Shown here piece after piece: positions 41,884 through 51,294 of a DNA stretch of 64,000 bases. Both the position numbers and the translations under genes were made by a program. The notes under the pieces are model-generated. The model ran no database searches and was not told where the DNA came from. It saw only the letters and a program-made list of their open reading frames with translations. Within the stretch, counting starts at the first letter, position 1; each line of letters starts with the position of its first letter. This DNA comes from Clostridia bacterium (GTDB lineage Bacteria > Bacillota > Peptococcia > Peptococcales > BICA1-8). The stretch lies in contig JAAXZE010000007.1 of assembly GCA_012720075.1 (NCBI GenBank), forward strand, positions 465 through 64,464, given 5' to 3'.

Positions 41884-43893
41884 ATGAATTTTACAGTTTG
41901 GGCACCTCTTGCAGGAATTTTAGCGTTATTATTTGCCTTTTATTTAATTACAAAAATCAACAGGGTGAGTCCAGGAAATAAAACAATGCAAGAAATTGCT
42001 GCGGCCATCCATGAAGGTGCCATGGCCTTTTTGTTTAGAGAATACAAAACCCTGGTAGTTTTTGTCGTTGTTTTAGCTGCAATAATTTTCGCCGCGGGCG
42101 CAATGACAGAAGGCCAAGACAGTTTGCAACCGGAAACCGCTATTGCCTTTATTATCGGAGCTATATGTTCTACACTGGCCGGTTATATAGGAATGACCAG
42201 TGCCACCAAGGCTAATGTCCGGACTGCCAATGCGGCCCAAACCAGTGCCAACAGTGCTTTAAGCGTTGCTTTTTCCGGTGGAGCGGTAATGGGTATGTCC
42301 GTTGTTGGTTTAGGATTATTAGGTTTAGGGATAGTTACGTTTTTATTTGATAATCCCAGTACAATTAACGGTTTTGCCTTGGGTGCCAGTTCAATTGCCT
42401 TATTTGCTCGGGTAGGCGGTGGTATTTATACAAAAGCTGCCGACGTAGGGGCTGACCTGGTCGGTAAGGTAGAAGCCGGTATTCCTGAGGATGACCCCCG
42501 TCACCCGGCTGTTATTGCTGATAACGTAGGTGATAATGTCGGTGACGTGGCCGGTATGGGTGCTGACTTGTTTGAATCTTATGTTGGTTCAATAATTTCC
42601 GGGATGGCTCTGGCTGTAGCTTTAAATTTAGGAGTAGGAGCTGTCCAGTTGCCTTTGCTGATTGCCGCTGCAGGTATAGTTTGTTCCATAATTGGTTCTT
42701 TCTTTGTAAGAACGGGTGAAGGAGCCAATGCTGCCAAAGCATTAAATATGGGTGAATTTGTTTCCATGATTCTGACCTTGGTAGCCACTTACTTTTTGTG
42801 TACAAGCTTGTTGCCTTCAGAAGGGAATGTAACCGGCATGGGCGTATTTATTTCTTCTATTGCCGGATTATTGGCCGGTTTCCTTATCGGTAAGGTGACA
42901 GAGTACTATACTTCAGGAGATTATCAGCCTGTTAAAGATATTGCCAAGGCGTCCCAAACAGGTTCAGCAACAAATATTATTGCCGGTATTGGCGTCGGAA
43001 TGTTAAGTACCATGATCCCCATAATTATTATTGTTGTTGCAATATTATTGGCATATAAATTTTCCGGGCTGTATGGAATAGCTTTAGCCGCTGTCGGTAT
43101 GCTTTCCACTACCGGAATGGTAGTAGCCGTTGATGCTTACGGACCCATTTCCGACAATGCCGGAGGGATTGCGGAAATGTCCCATTTGGATCCAAAGGTT
43201 CGGAAAATCACCGATAGCTTGGATGCAGTCGGTAATACTACAGCAGCTATCGGCAAAGGTTTTGCTATTGGTTCCGCTGCTTTGACTGCCCTAGCTTTGT
43301 TCAGTTCATATACGCAAGCTGCCAATGTTGCTTCGATAGATATCATGAATCCTAAAGTTGTTGTAGGATTGTTTATAGGTGGTATGTTGCCGTTCTTATT
43401 CTCTGCTTTGACCATGAATGCGGTGGGCAGAGCTGCTGGGGATATGATCGAGGAAGTAAGACGTCAGTTCAGAGAAATTCCCGGCCTTATGGAAGGCAAA
43501 GCTAAGCCCGAATATGCTAGGTGTGTTAGTATTAGTACAGCCGCTGCCTTAAGGGAAATGATTGTACCTGGTCTTTTGGCTGTTGTGGTACCTATTGCAG
43601 TTGGTCTACTCCCTGGTTTGGGTAAAGAGGCATTGGGCGGATTGTTAGCTGGTTCTTTGGTTACCGGTTTCTTGTTGGCCATTATGATGGCTAATGCCGG
43701 TGGTGCCTGGGATAATGCTAAAAAATATATCGAAGGTGGAGAATACGGTGGCAAAGGCTCGGACGCTCACGCCGCAGCTGTAACCGGTGATACCGTAGGT
43801 GATCCCTTTAAAGATACCTCCGGTCCTTCTCTCAACATTTTAATCAAGTTAATGACCATCGTATCATTGGTCTTTGCGCCACTGTTTATGTAA
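41884..43893 (+). CDS. hppA: Membrane-bound ion-translocating pyrophosphatase (K+-dependent type by the A/K signature)
   Basis: [34 protein letters not shown] and [16 protein letters not shown] (Ala rather than Lys after GNTT). Confidence 0.93.
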   Translation: MNFTVWAPLAGILALLFAFYLITKINRVSPGNKTMQEIAAAIHEGAMAFLFREYKTLVVFVVVLAAIIFAAGAMTEGQDSLQPETAIAFIIGAICSTLAGYIGMTSATKANVRTANAAQTSANSALSVAFSGGAVMGMSVVGLGLLGLGIVTFLFDNPSTINGFALGASSIALFARVGGGIYTKAADVGADLVGKVEAGIPEDDPRHPAVIADNVGDNVGDVAGMGADLFESYVGSIISGMALAVALNLGVGAVQLPLLIAAAGIVCSIIGSFFVRTGEGANAAKALNMGEFVSMILTLVATYFLCTSLLPSEGNVTGMGVFISSIAGLLAGFLIGKVTEYYTSGDYQPVKDIAKASQTGSATNIIAGIGVGMLSTMIPIIIIVVAILLAYKFSGLYGIALAAVGMLSTTGMVVAVDAYGPISDNAGGIAEMSHLDPKVRKITDSLDAVGNTTAAIGKGFAIGSAALTALALFSSYTQAANVASIDIMNPKVVVGLFIGGMLPFLFSALTMNAVGRAAGDMIEEVRRQFREIPGLMEGKAKPEYARCVSISTAAALREMIVPGLLAVVVPIAVGLLPGLGKEALGGLLAGSLVTGFLLAIMMANAGGAWDNAKKYIEGGEYGGKGSDAHAAAVTGDTVGDPFKDTSGPSLNILIKLMTIVSLVFAPLFM

Positions 43894-43905
43894 TTAAACA
43901 TATTG

Positions 43906-43943
43906 AAAAAGCAGCTGTCTTTATCAGTCAGCTGCTTTTTTTG
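43906..43943. terminator. Bidirectional intrinsic terminator (hppA, and the convergent gntR-family gene)
   Basis: AAAAAGCAGCTG-loop-CAGCTGCTTTTTTT. Confidence 0.85.
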
Positions 43944-43991
43944 TTTGTATTTGAGGTTTAGTAGAATTAACTAGAAGGAATTAAAAGCACT

Positions 43992-44714
43992 TCATACGAT
44001 TTTTCGTGTTGAATTAATTCGAAAGGCGTACATATCAGAACGAAAAATACTTTTTTCATATTCTATGGGATTATCATTAATATCGGAAATAAATTTTTCT
44101 GTAGTTAAAACACACATTTGTCCGGGCAACTGCAATATTTCTGTTTCTTCGGGAGTTGCCATTGAGCAAGTAATAATTTCCTGGCATTTCCAGAGATTAA
44201 TCCCTAAAGATTTTTCAAGAATATCATAGATAGCGGCATTATTCAAATCAAATTTAGCAAGTTCGTAACCAATCTCCAAGGGATAATATTGTTTTTCTAT
44301 TGCTATAGGAATATCATCGGCATAGCGAATTCTTTCAAAAAAATAGAGCTCATTAAGTCCCAGAGTTGTAGTAGCATCTTCAGGAGTATCGGTTATCCCT
44401 TGATTTATAATTTTTGTGCTGGGTTTCATACCCATTTCCCTGACAATATCATTGAAACTAGTAATATTACCCAACCATTCTTCTATTGGACGAAAAGAAA
44501 TAAATGTGCCCCTTCCGTGAATCTTTTCTAATACTCCTTCGTGGACTAAAGCAAGGACAGCCTGTCTTACCGTAGACCTGCTCACGGAGAATTTCTCCAT
44601 CAATTCTCTTTCACTAGGGATTTTTTCTTCATAGCAGCCTGATAGTATCTCTTCCTTAAGGATTTGTTTCAACTGTTCATGGAGAGGAAGAGGGTTTTTG
44701 CTATCGAGACCCAA
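43992..44714 (-). CDS. GntR-family (HutC subfamily, UTRA domain) transcriptional regulator
   Basis: wHTH SERELMEKFSVSRSTVRQAV plus a C-terminal UTRA-like domain. TTG start after an AAAGGAGGAG SD. Divergent from the ABC/taurine genes. Confidence 0.85.
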   Translation of the reverse strand: MGLDSKNPLPLHEQLKQILKEEILSGCYEEKIPSERELMEKFSVSRSTVRQAVLALVHEGVLEKIHGRGTFISFRPIEEWLGNITSFNDIVREMGMKPSTKIINQGITDTPEDATTTLGLNELYFFERIRYADDIPIAIEKQYYPLEIGYELAKFDLNNAAIYDILEKSLGINLWKCQEIITCSMATPEETEILQLPGQMCVLTTEKFISDINDNPIEYEKSIFRSDMYAFRINSTRKIV

Positions 44715-44750
44715 CTCAAACTCCTCCTTTATTTTTATTGCAAAATTATA

Positions 44751-44766
44751 ACGTCTGTACCAGTTC
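44751..44766 (-). promoter_or_regulatory. Candidate operator copy 1 (reverse complement GAACTGGTACAGACGT)
   Basis: One of three copies of ACTGGTAC(A/G)(G/A)ACGT, all in promoter regions of this gene cluster. Confidence 0.5.
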
Positions 44767-44912
44767 TATTATAAGCATATATACAAATTTTAGCAAATAT
44801 AAAAACAAAAACAATTAAAACAAAACTGAATATAACGAAAAATTATAATATTTATAAATTATTAACAAATATAAATAATAAAAATTTTTTTAAAAAAAGG
44901 AGGAAATTTGCA

Positions 44913-45032
44913 TTGAGCGTCAAATATTTAAATCAAAAGAACTGGTACGAACGTGGTGATGTCATACCCTTTTTTGACAAATTATATTATTTTTGTCGAA
45001 AAAACAAGAAAGGGATTGGCACAATCTTGTAA
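44913..45032 (+). CDS. Possible 39-codon upstream ORF (MSVKYLNQKNWYERGDVIPFFDKLYYFCRKNKKGIGTIL)
   Basis: TTG 44913 lies 9 nt after a strong AAAGGAGGAAA SD, and TAA 45030-45032 lies 6 nt before the ABC ATPase start. No homology recognised, so it may be non-coding leader. Confidence 0.25.
   Translation: MSVKYLNQKNWYERGDVIPFFDKLYYFCRKNKKGIGTIL
44939..44954 (+). promoter_or_regulatory. Candidate operator copy 2 (GAACTGGTACGAACGT)
   Basis: Lies in the leader of the ABC transporter operon, about 85 nt upstream of its start. Confidence 0.5.
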
Positions 45033-45038
45033 AGCGAG

Positions 45039-45803
45039 GTGTTGATTTTGCAGGCATGTATCCAAAAAGAACCCAAAGTTACGGTAAATAATTTAACAAA
45101 AAGATTTGGTAATTTACTGGTATTAGACAATATTAATTTTCACGTCGGTAACGGAGAGTTTTTATGTATTGTTGGCCCTACCGGATGTGGAAAAACAACT
45201 TTCTTAAATTTGCTGTCAAAACTAATACCGCCGACCAAAGGCAATATTTGTATTGATAATGTAGAAGCAGATCCTAAAAAACATAATATTTCATTTGTAT
45301 TCCAGGAACCATCCTGTCTGCCTTTTAGAACAGTAAAAGAAAATATCGCTTATGGGATGCAAGTGAAGAAATTCCCAAAACAACTTATGGAAGAACGTTT
45401 ACAAAAAACTATGGAATTGGTTGGGTTAACCGACTGCGCCGATTTATACCCCAGTCAAATTTCTTCCAGTATGGAACAAAGAGTAGCCATAGCCCGTGCT
45501 TTTGCTGTTAATCCCGATTTGCTTTTAATGGATGAACCTTATGGACAATTGGATGTTAAACTTCGTTATTATTTAGAAGATGAACTTATACGTATTTGGG
45601 AAGAATTTAAAACCACCGTAATTTTTGTAACTCATAATATCGAAGAAGCTGTTTACCTTGCTGAAAGAATTTTAGTTTTAAGTAATAAACCTACTACTAT
45701 AAAAGCAGAAGTTAAAGTTGATTTGCCTCGGCCCCGTAAATTTACAGACCCGAAGTTTATAGAAATTAGAAAACATGTAACGGAATTAATTAAATGGTGG
45801 TAG
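45039..45803 (+). CDS. ABC transporter ATP-binding protein (NitT/TauT family), copy 1
   Basis: Walker A GPTGCGKTT, Walker B LLLMDEP, degenerate signature SSSMEQR. Start ambiguous (GTG 45039, TTG 45042 or TTG 45048). Confidence 0.88.
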   Translation: MLILQACIQKEPKVTVNNLTKRFGNLLVLDNINFHVGNGEFLCIVGPTGCGKTTFLNLLSKLIPPTKGNICIDNVEADPKKHNISFVFQEPSCLPFRTVKENIAYGMQVKKFPKQLMEERLQKTMELVGLTDCADLYPSQISSSMEQRVAIARAFAVNPDLLLMDEPYGQLDVKLRYYLEDELIRIWEEFKTTVIFVTHNIEEAVYLAERILVLSNKPTTIKAEVKVDLPRPRKFTDPKFIEIRKHVTELIKWW

Positions 45804-45890
45804 GTATTAGAAACAAGAAGAAAAAGGGGGGAAGGAAATTTTATTTTTTTAAAGTTTAAGCCTAATTATAAGATAAAGGGGGTTAGTTAA

Positions 45891-47021
45891 ATGAAAAAGA
45901 GTAGTAAGATTTTTGCAATTACAACATTACTATTATTCTTAATTTCTATATTAGCGGGGTGTGGTGGCTCGGCAACTTCACCGGGATCCCAATCAGAAGG
46001 AAAAAGCCAGGGTGCTCAGGAAAAATTGACGAAAATAAGAGTAAGCCATCAGCCGGAATTTGAAACTTTTTTAACCTATAGAGCTATGCAGGAAGGCCTG
46101 GATAAAGCAAATGGAGTGGAATTTGAATTAGTATTCTTTGACTCCGGGATGCCCCAAATTGAAGCCCTTCCAGCTAATCAATGGGATGTAGGCGGAACAG
46201 GTGGGGTGCCTGCACTAATGGCAGCACTGCGGTACAATGCATATGTTATCGGAATCTGTGATGATGAGTCTTTTGCCAATGTTGTCATGGCTAGAGCCGA
46301 TGACCCCATTATGTCAGTCAAAGGGGCAATTCCGCAATATCCCGATATCTACGGCTCTCCTGAACAACTTAAAGGAAAAAATATTCTCTGCACAACAGTA
46401 TCCAGCGGACATTATGGTTTATCCAACTATTTGCAGGCTTTAGGTTTAAGCGATTCTGATGTGAAAATAATGAACTTAGAACAAGCTCAAGCAGTTGCCG
46501 CCTTTGATTCCGGGCAAGGTGACTTAGTAGCTTTGTGGGCACCGTTTTATTACACAGGATTACAAAAAGGTTGGAAGGTTGTGGCTGACGGGGATGCCGT
46601 TAATGCCAAGATACCGTTAGTTTTAATTGCAAATAAAAAGTTTGCCGATGAAAACCCTGAATTAGTGGTTAAATTTTTAGACGTTTATTTCCAGAAAATA
46701 GATGAAATTAAAGAAAAAGGCACTGCTTTGGCTGGAGATTATAAAAAGTTCTTAATGGATTGGGCAGCAATGGATATTAGCTTGGAAGACGCAGTTTTAG
46801 ATATCGAAAAACACCCTGTATATGATTTGAAAGAACAACTGGCTTTGATGGATAATTCCAATGGCCCAAGCGAAGTAGAAAAATGGATGCAAGGAATCGC
46901 AGATTTCTTTACCGCTCAGGGTACATTTACCAAAGAAGAACGAGATAAGGTTTTAAACAGCGGTTTCGTTACCGATAAGTTTTTGAAAATGCTGGCCAAA
47001 GAAAAAGGTTTAATCCCGTAA
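45891..47021 (+). CDS. ABC transporter substrate-binding lipoprotein (NMT1/TauA-like)
   Basis: Lipobox LAGCGG. The periplasmic binding fold resembles aliphatic sulfonate/taurine/nitrate binding proteins. Confidence 0.8.
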   Translation: MKKSSKIFAITTLLLFLISILAGCGGSATSPGSQSEGKSQGAQEKLTKIRVSHQPEFETFLTYRAMQEGLDKANGVEFELVFFDSGMPQIEALPANQWDVGGTGGVPALMAALRYNAYVIGICDDESFANVVMARADDPIMSVKGAIPQYPDIYGSPEQLKGKNILCTTVSSGHYGLSNYLQALGLSDSDVKIMNLEQAQAVAAFDSGQGDLVALWAPFYYTGLQKGWKVVADGDAVNAKIPLVLIANKKFADENPELVVKFLDVYFQKIDEIKEKGTALAGDYKKFLMDWAAMDISLEDAVLDIEKHPVYDLKEQLALMDNSNGPSEVEKWMQGIADFFTAQGTFTKEERDKVLNSGFVTDKFLKMLAKEKGLIP

Positions 47022-47031
47022 TAATTTCCTT

Positions 47032-47066
47032 GGTGGGTGGGGATGGGGTATCTTCCCCTCCCCCAC
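47032..47066 (+). other. GC-rich intercistronic stem-loop after the binding-protein gene
   Basis: GTGGGGATGGGG-TATCTT-CCCCTCCCCCAC. No U-run follows. This is a typical position for a differential mRNA-stability hairpin in ABC operons. Confidence 0.55.
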
Positions 47067-47104
47067 AACTAGGAAGCCTGTGCAGTAAAGAAAGGAGATA
47101 AACT

Positions 47105-47887
47105 ATGGGGGAAAATAAAAAAAATATGTTCTTAAAAGTTTTGTCGGTCGTAAGTATAGTGGCTCTATTTTTAGGCTGGCAGTTAGTTGTTGACTTCGGA
47201 ATTGTGCCCAATACCCTACTGGCTTCCCCTAAGCAAGTAATAGAGATGTTTATCTATAAAATATCTAATGCTAATCCTGATGGAGCTGTGTTATGGGTTC
47301 ATGTCATGACCAGTTTGCAGGAGGCTCTGACCGGTTATTTATTGGCTTTAGTAATAGGTATACCGCTAGGTTTAGCTATGGGATGGTTCGTAGTAGTAGA
47401 GGGTTTGGCACGGCCAATTTTTGAAATGATTAGACCTATTCCTCCTGTTGCCTGGATCCCCTTAGCAATTTTTTGGTTCGGCATTGGCCTGGCGGGGAAA
47501 GTCTTTATAATTTGGGCTTCAGGGCTGGTTCCTTGTGTTATAAACTCTTTTGTGGGTGTAAAAATGACCAATCCTGTATTTATAAAAATGGCCAAAACTT
47601 ATGGGGCAACGGACTGGGAAATTTTCAAAGATATCTGTATTCCTTCAGCCCTTCCTATGGTATTTGGGGGTCTCCAGGTAGCTTTGGCAGCATCTTGGAC
47701 AGCACTGGTAGCAGCAGAACTAATTGCCGCTGATACAGGTTTAGGTTTTTTGATTACGATGGGGAGAAGGTTATTGAAACCGGATATGATTATTCTGGGT
47801 ATGATGATGGTAGGATTAACCGGTGTTATCATTGGAATTATCATTGATAAAATTGAAAAACGCTTGGTCGCGGGGGTGAACAAATGA
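47105..47887 (+). CDS. ABC transporter permease 1 (BPD_transp_1, TauC-like)
   Basis: 6 TM helices with EAA-loop region TYGATDWEIFKDICIPSALP. Confidence 0.88.
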   Translation: MGENKKNMFLKVLSVVSIVALFLGWQLVVDFGIVPNTLLASPKQVIEMFIYKISNANPDGAVLWVHVMTSLQEALTGYLLALVIGIPLGLAMGWFVVVEGLARPIFEMIRPIPPVAWIPLAIFWFGIGLAGKVFIIWASGLVPCVINSFVGVKMTNPVFIKMAKTYGATDWEIFKDICIPSALPMVFGGLQVALAASWTALVAAELIAADTGLGFLITMGRRLLKPDMIILGMMMVGLTGVIIGIIIDKIEKRLVAGVNK

Positions 47888-48735
47888 GTAAAATACTGGA
47901 GGCAAATCCCAATACCGAGGTATTAGAGGGAGCTAGGTCTTCATTTTCAATCAAAAAAATATTATATAACAAATATGTCTTGTATGTAATCTCTATTTGC
48001 TTATTTTTGATAGTTTTGGATTTATTTGCTGTTTTGCAGGTTTTCGGAAATTTCATGCCCCGACCAATTGAGGTTTTAACCACACTAATAAATATGACGG
48101 TTACTCCTTTAGCCGGGAAAACATTGCCAATGCATTTATGGGCAAGCTTAAGAAGAGTATTGATTGCCTTTGCAATAGCAGTATTTATCGGTGTGCCTGT
48201 TGGCGTATTGATGGGCTTCAGTTCTGTTGCTAATGCTATCATCAGTCCTATTTTTCATTTATTCAAGCCTATGCCGCCCATTGCCTGGATTTCTTTGGCG
48301 ATTTTATGGCTGGGGATTGGTGAAGCTTCTAAGGTTTTTATAATTGTCATAGGTGCTATAGTACCTTGTATTTTAAACTCTTATAACGGTATAAGGCTTG
48401 TAGATGAATCCTTGAAAGACGCCTTGCGTATGTTGGGTGGAAATCGCCGCCAGGAAATTATTGAGGTCATTTTTCCTGCATCTTTTCCTGCCATTTTTGC
48501 CGGATTGCAAATTTCCTTAAGTATGGCGTGGACCACAGTGCTGGCTGCCGAATTAGTAGGGGCAAGGGAAGGCATGGGGTTTATAATTGTCATGGGGATG
48601 AACCTTTCTAAGCCGTCAATGATTATTGCAGGCATGATTGTTATTGCTTTAACGGCATTTATGATCTCCATGGCTGTAAATTATCTGGAAAGGTGGGTCT
48701 GCCCTTGGAAAACAGAATTGGAAACGACGGAATAA
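47884..48735 (+). CDS. ABC transporter permease 2
   Basis: Paralogous to permease 1 (MLGGNRRQEIIEVIFPASFP EAA loop). ATGA overlap with the upstream gene. Confidence 0.88.
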   Translation: MSKILEANPNTEVLEGARSSFSIKKILYNKYVLYVISICLFLIVLDLFAVLQVFGNFMPRPIEVLTTLINMTVTPLAGKTLPMHLWASLRRVLIAFAIAVFIGVPVGVLMGFSSVANAIISPIFHLFKPMPPIAWISLAILWLGIGEASKVFIIVIGAIVPCILNSYNGIRLVDESLKDALRMLGGNRRQEIIEVIFPASFPAIFAGLQISLSMAWTTVLAAELVGAREGMGFIIVMGMNLSKPSMIIAGMIVIALTAFMISMAVNYLERWVCPWKTELETTE

Positions 48736-49487
48736 AAAACGTAATTGAATGTAAAGGGATAAGTAAATACTTTGGAGAGGGCGCAAATAAAAAGGAAGTA
48801 CTTTCTACCATGGACCTTAGTGTAAAGGAGAATGAATTTGTAGTTATCCTAGGACCGGGGCAATCGGGCAAATCTACTTTATTTAGAATGATTGCCGGTT
48901 TGGAAAAACCCAGTACAGGGCACATCTATGTTAATGGTAAAGAAGTTACCGGACCAAATCCGGTCATTGGTTATGTCTTTCAGAGATATACTCTGTTTCC
49001 ATGGAAAACGGTTATGGAAAATGTTGAGATGGGACCAAAATTGAAGGGAGTAGGGAAAAAGGAAAGAAGGGAAAAGGCCCAATATTTTATTAATTTAGTA
49101 GGTCTGAATGGTTTCGAAGATGCTTATCCTCATCAACTGAGCGGCGGTATGAAACAAAGGGTAGGTATTGCCAGAGCTTATGCCAATGATCCTGAGATAA
49201 TGCTTTTAGATGAACCTTTTGGTCAATTGGATGCACAAACCAGGATTTTAATGGAACAGGAAATACTGAGAATCTGGGAAAAAGAAAAAAGAACGGTGTG
49301 CTTTGTTACCAATAATATTGATGAGGCAATATTTCTGGGGGACCGGATAGTAATGCTGGAAGGTAAATTGCCCAGTAAAATGAAGAAAATTTATAACGTT
49401 GATCTCCCAAGACCTAGGGATTTTACAGATTTAGCATTCCTTGAGCTACGGGAAGAAATAACAGGCGAAACAGAGTTAGCTCTATAA
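48693..49487 (+). CDS. ABC transporter ATP-binding protein, copy 2
   Basis: Walker A GPGQSGKST, signature LSGGMKQR, Walker B MLLDEP. Start uncertain; it overlaps the end of permease 2. Confidence 0.88.
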   Translation: MGLPLENRIGNDGIKNVIECKGISKYFGEGANKKEVLSTMDLSVKENEFVVILGPGQSGKSTLFRMIAGLEKPSTGHIYVNGKEVTGPNPVIGYVFQRYTLFPWKTVMENVEMGPKLKGVGKKERREKAQYFINLVGLNGFEDAYPHQLSGGMKQRVGIARAYANDPEIMLLDEPFGQLDAQTRILMEQEILRIWEKEKRTVCFVTNNIDEAIFLGDRIVMLEGKLPSKMKKIYNVDLPRPRDFTDLAFLELREEITGETELAL

Positions 49488-49790
49488 ATTTTTTTGGATA
49501 ATGAAGGTACGGATGTCTGTACCTAAATAATAAATATAACTATAAAAATATATGTGGGAGGTAATTTTTATGTAGGAAAAATAATTAACTACTGCAGGTC
49601 CGAAAACATTTTATATTCCTACTTAATAATCACCTGTTTTTAGGTAATACGGTTGATTGTCAAGGTTTGGCACTGGAGGGCTTTAAAACAGTAATACTAA
49701 CGGAATAATGGGATTTACTTGCAGAATTAAATAAAACTGCAAATTTGTATCTGCAAAGGCTTATAATGAATAAGCCTAAAAAAATAGAAG

Positions 49791-49805
49791 CACTGGTACG
49801 AACGT
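49791..49805 (+). promoter_or_regulatory. Candidate operator copy 3 (CACTGGTACGAACGT)
   Basis: Lies about 50 nt upstream of the aminotransferase start and about 25 nt downstream of a TATAAT at 49762-49767. Confidence 0.5.
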
Positions 49806-49854
49806 CATAATAAGAGATTGGAATTTAAAAATTAAAAATTAAGGGGGTATAAAA

Positions 49855-51264
49855 ATGGCACTTAATCTGAGGAATGACAATGAGGATTTATTATGCAGCT
49901 ATGGACCTGCTGAAATGATTAAAATGGACAAAGAAAATTTATGGCATCATTTAACACAGCATAAAGTTTTTGAAACAGCAGACCCGCTTATTGTTGTGGA
50001 AGGAGAAGGCTTACGGATCAAAGATATTAAAGGCCGGGAATATATTGACGCTGTTTCCGGGGGAGTCTGGTGTGTCAATGTCGGCTATGGCAGAGAAAGC
50101 ATTGCTGAGGAGGTTTATAACCAATTAAGGGTAATGCCTTATTATGCAGGCAGTGCCGGTAATATTCCTGCTATAAAATTTGCCAAAAAGCTGACATCCT
50201 TATTGCCGCGCCTCCAAAAAGTGTATTATTCCAATAGTGGCTCTGAAGCCAATGAAAAAGCCTTTAAGATGGTCAGACAGTCTTTTAGACTTAAATATCC
50301 AGATAAAGAAAAAATTAAAATTCTTTATCGCAATAGGGATTATCATGGCACGACCATAGGGGCACTAAGCGCGACAGGGCAAGAGGAAAGAAAAGAAGAG
50401 TATGGACCTTTTGTCCCGGGATTTGTTGAATTTCCTCATGCTTGTTGCTATAGGTGTCATTTTGGTAAGACCTACCCCGCTTGTGATATAGATTGTGCCC
50501 GAGTAGTGGAAGATATCATCCTTAAGGAAGGACCCGACACCGTTGGAGCAATAATAGTAGAACCCATTACAGCCGGAGGCGGTATAATTCCTCCTGTTAA
50601 AGAATACTACCCAATTCTACAGGAAATTTGTAAAAAGTACGAAGTTCTAATGATTATGGATGAAGTTGTATGCGGTTTTGGCAGGACAGGTAAGATGTTT
50701 GGTCATGAACATTATGATGTTGATCCTGATATAGTTACTATGGCCAAAGGTACGGCAAGCTCCTATATGCCTCTTTCGGTTACTATGGCCAAAGCGGAAC
50801 TCTTTGATGTTTTCAAAAGCAATCCGGAAGATAAACTGGCTTATTTCAGGGATATCAGTACATTTGGCGGTTGTGCGGGTGCTTTTGCTGCCGGGTTAGA
50901 AAACATAAGGATAATTGAAGAAGAAAAGCTTTTTGAAAACAGTGCCAATATGGGGCGTTATATGCTGGAAGGTTTAAAAGAATTTACATCTTTCCCAATT
51001 GTCGGAGATGTAAGGGGGATAGGCTTATTTGCGGGAATAGAACTTGTTGAGGATAAAGAAACAAAGGTTCCTGTTAGTGAAGAATTTATTGGAAAGATAA
51101 TTGCGGATATTTCGGCTCAAGGAGTTCTGGTCGGCAGAACCAATAGAAGCTTCAAAAATCAGAATAACATTATTAATTTAGCCCCGGCTCTTATTGCTAC
51201 AAAGGATGATATTGATCAAATACTTCAGGCAATTAAGAATTCCTTAGAAAAGTTTAGCAAATAA
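49855..51264 (+). CDS. tpa: Class-III (omega) aminotransferase, probable taurine:pyruvate aminotransferase
   Basis: PLP fold-type I class III motifs (DEVVCGFGRTGKMFG; Schiff-base Lys in VTMAKG). The specific function is inferred from its position immediately upstream of an Xsc-like gene and in the same cluster as ald. Confidence 0.7.
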   Translation: MALNLRNDNEDLLCSYGPAEMIKMDKENLWHHLTQHKVFETADPLIVVEGEGLRIKDIKGREYIDAVSGGVWCVNVGYGRESIAEEVYNQLRVMPYYAGSAGNIPAIKFAKKLTSLLPRLQKVYYSNSGSEANEKAFKMVRQSFRLKYPDKEKIKILYRNRDYHGTTIGALSATGQEERKEEYGPFVPGFVEFPHACCYRCHFGKTYPACDIDCARVVEDIILKEGPDTVGAIIVEPITAGGGIIPPVKEYYPILQEICKKYEVLMIMDEVVCGFGRTGKMFGHEHYDVDPDIVTMAKGTASSYMPLSVTMAKAELFDVFKSNPEDKLAYFRDISTFGGCAGAFAAGLENIRIIEEEKLFENSANMGRYMLEGLKEFTSFPIVGDVRGIGLFAGIELVEDKETKVPVSEEFIGKIIADISAQGVLVGRTNRSFKNQNNIINLAPALIATKDDIDQILQAIKNSLEKFSK

Positions 51265-51294
51265 AACAGATATAAAATTAAGGAGGTTTTAAAA

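Noticed and set aside
45017-45030. Sigma-54 promoter-like TGGCAC-N-TTGT upstream of the ABC operon, and TGGCAC at 49668-49673 upstream of the aminotransferase gene. rpoN is in the window.
   Set aside because: In both cases the -12 element is displaced by 1 nt from the invariant GG-N10-GC spacing, and one has TTGT rather than TTGC. No enhancer-binding protein gene is in the cluster, and the first site would put the transcription start at the start codon.
47841-48242. 133-aa minus-strand ORF spanning the junction of the two permease genes, as a possible antisense gene.
   Set aside because: It is a shadow frame of two strongly supported permease genes. Its composition mirrors hydrophobic-codon antisense and it has no start signals.
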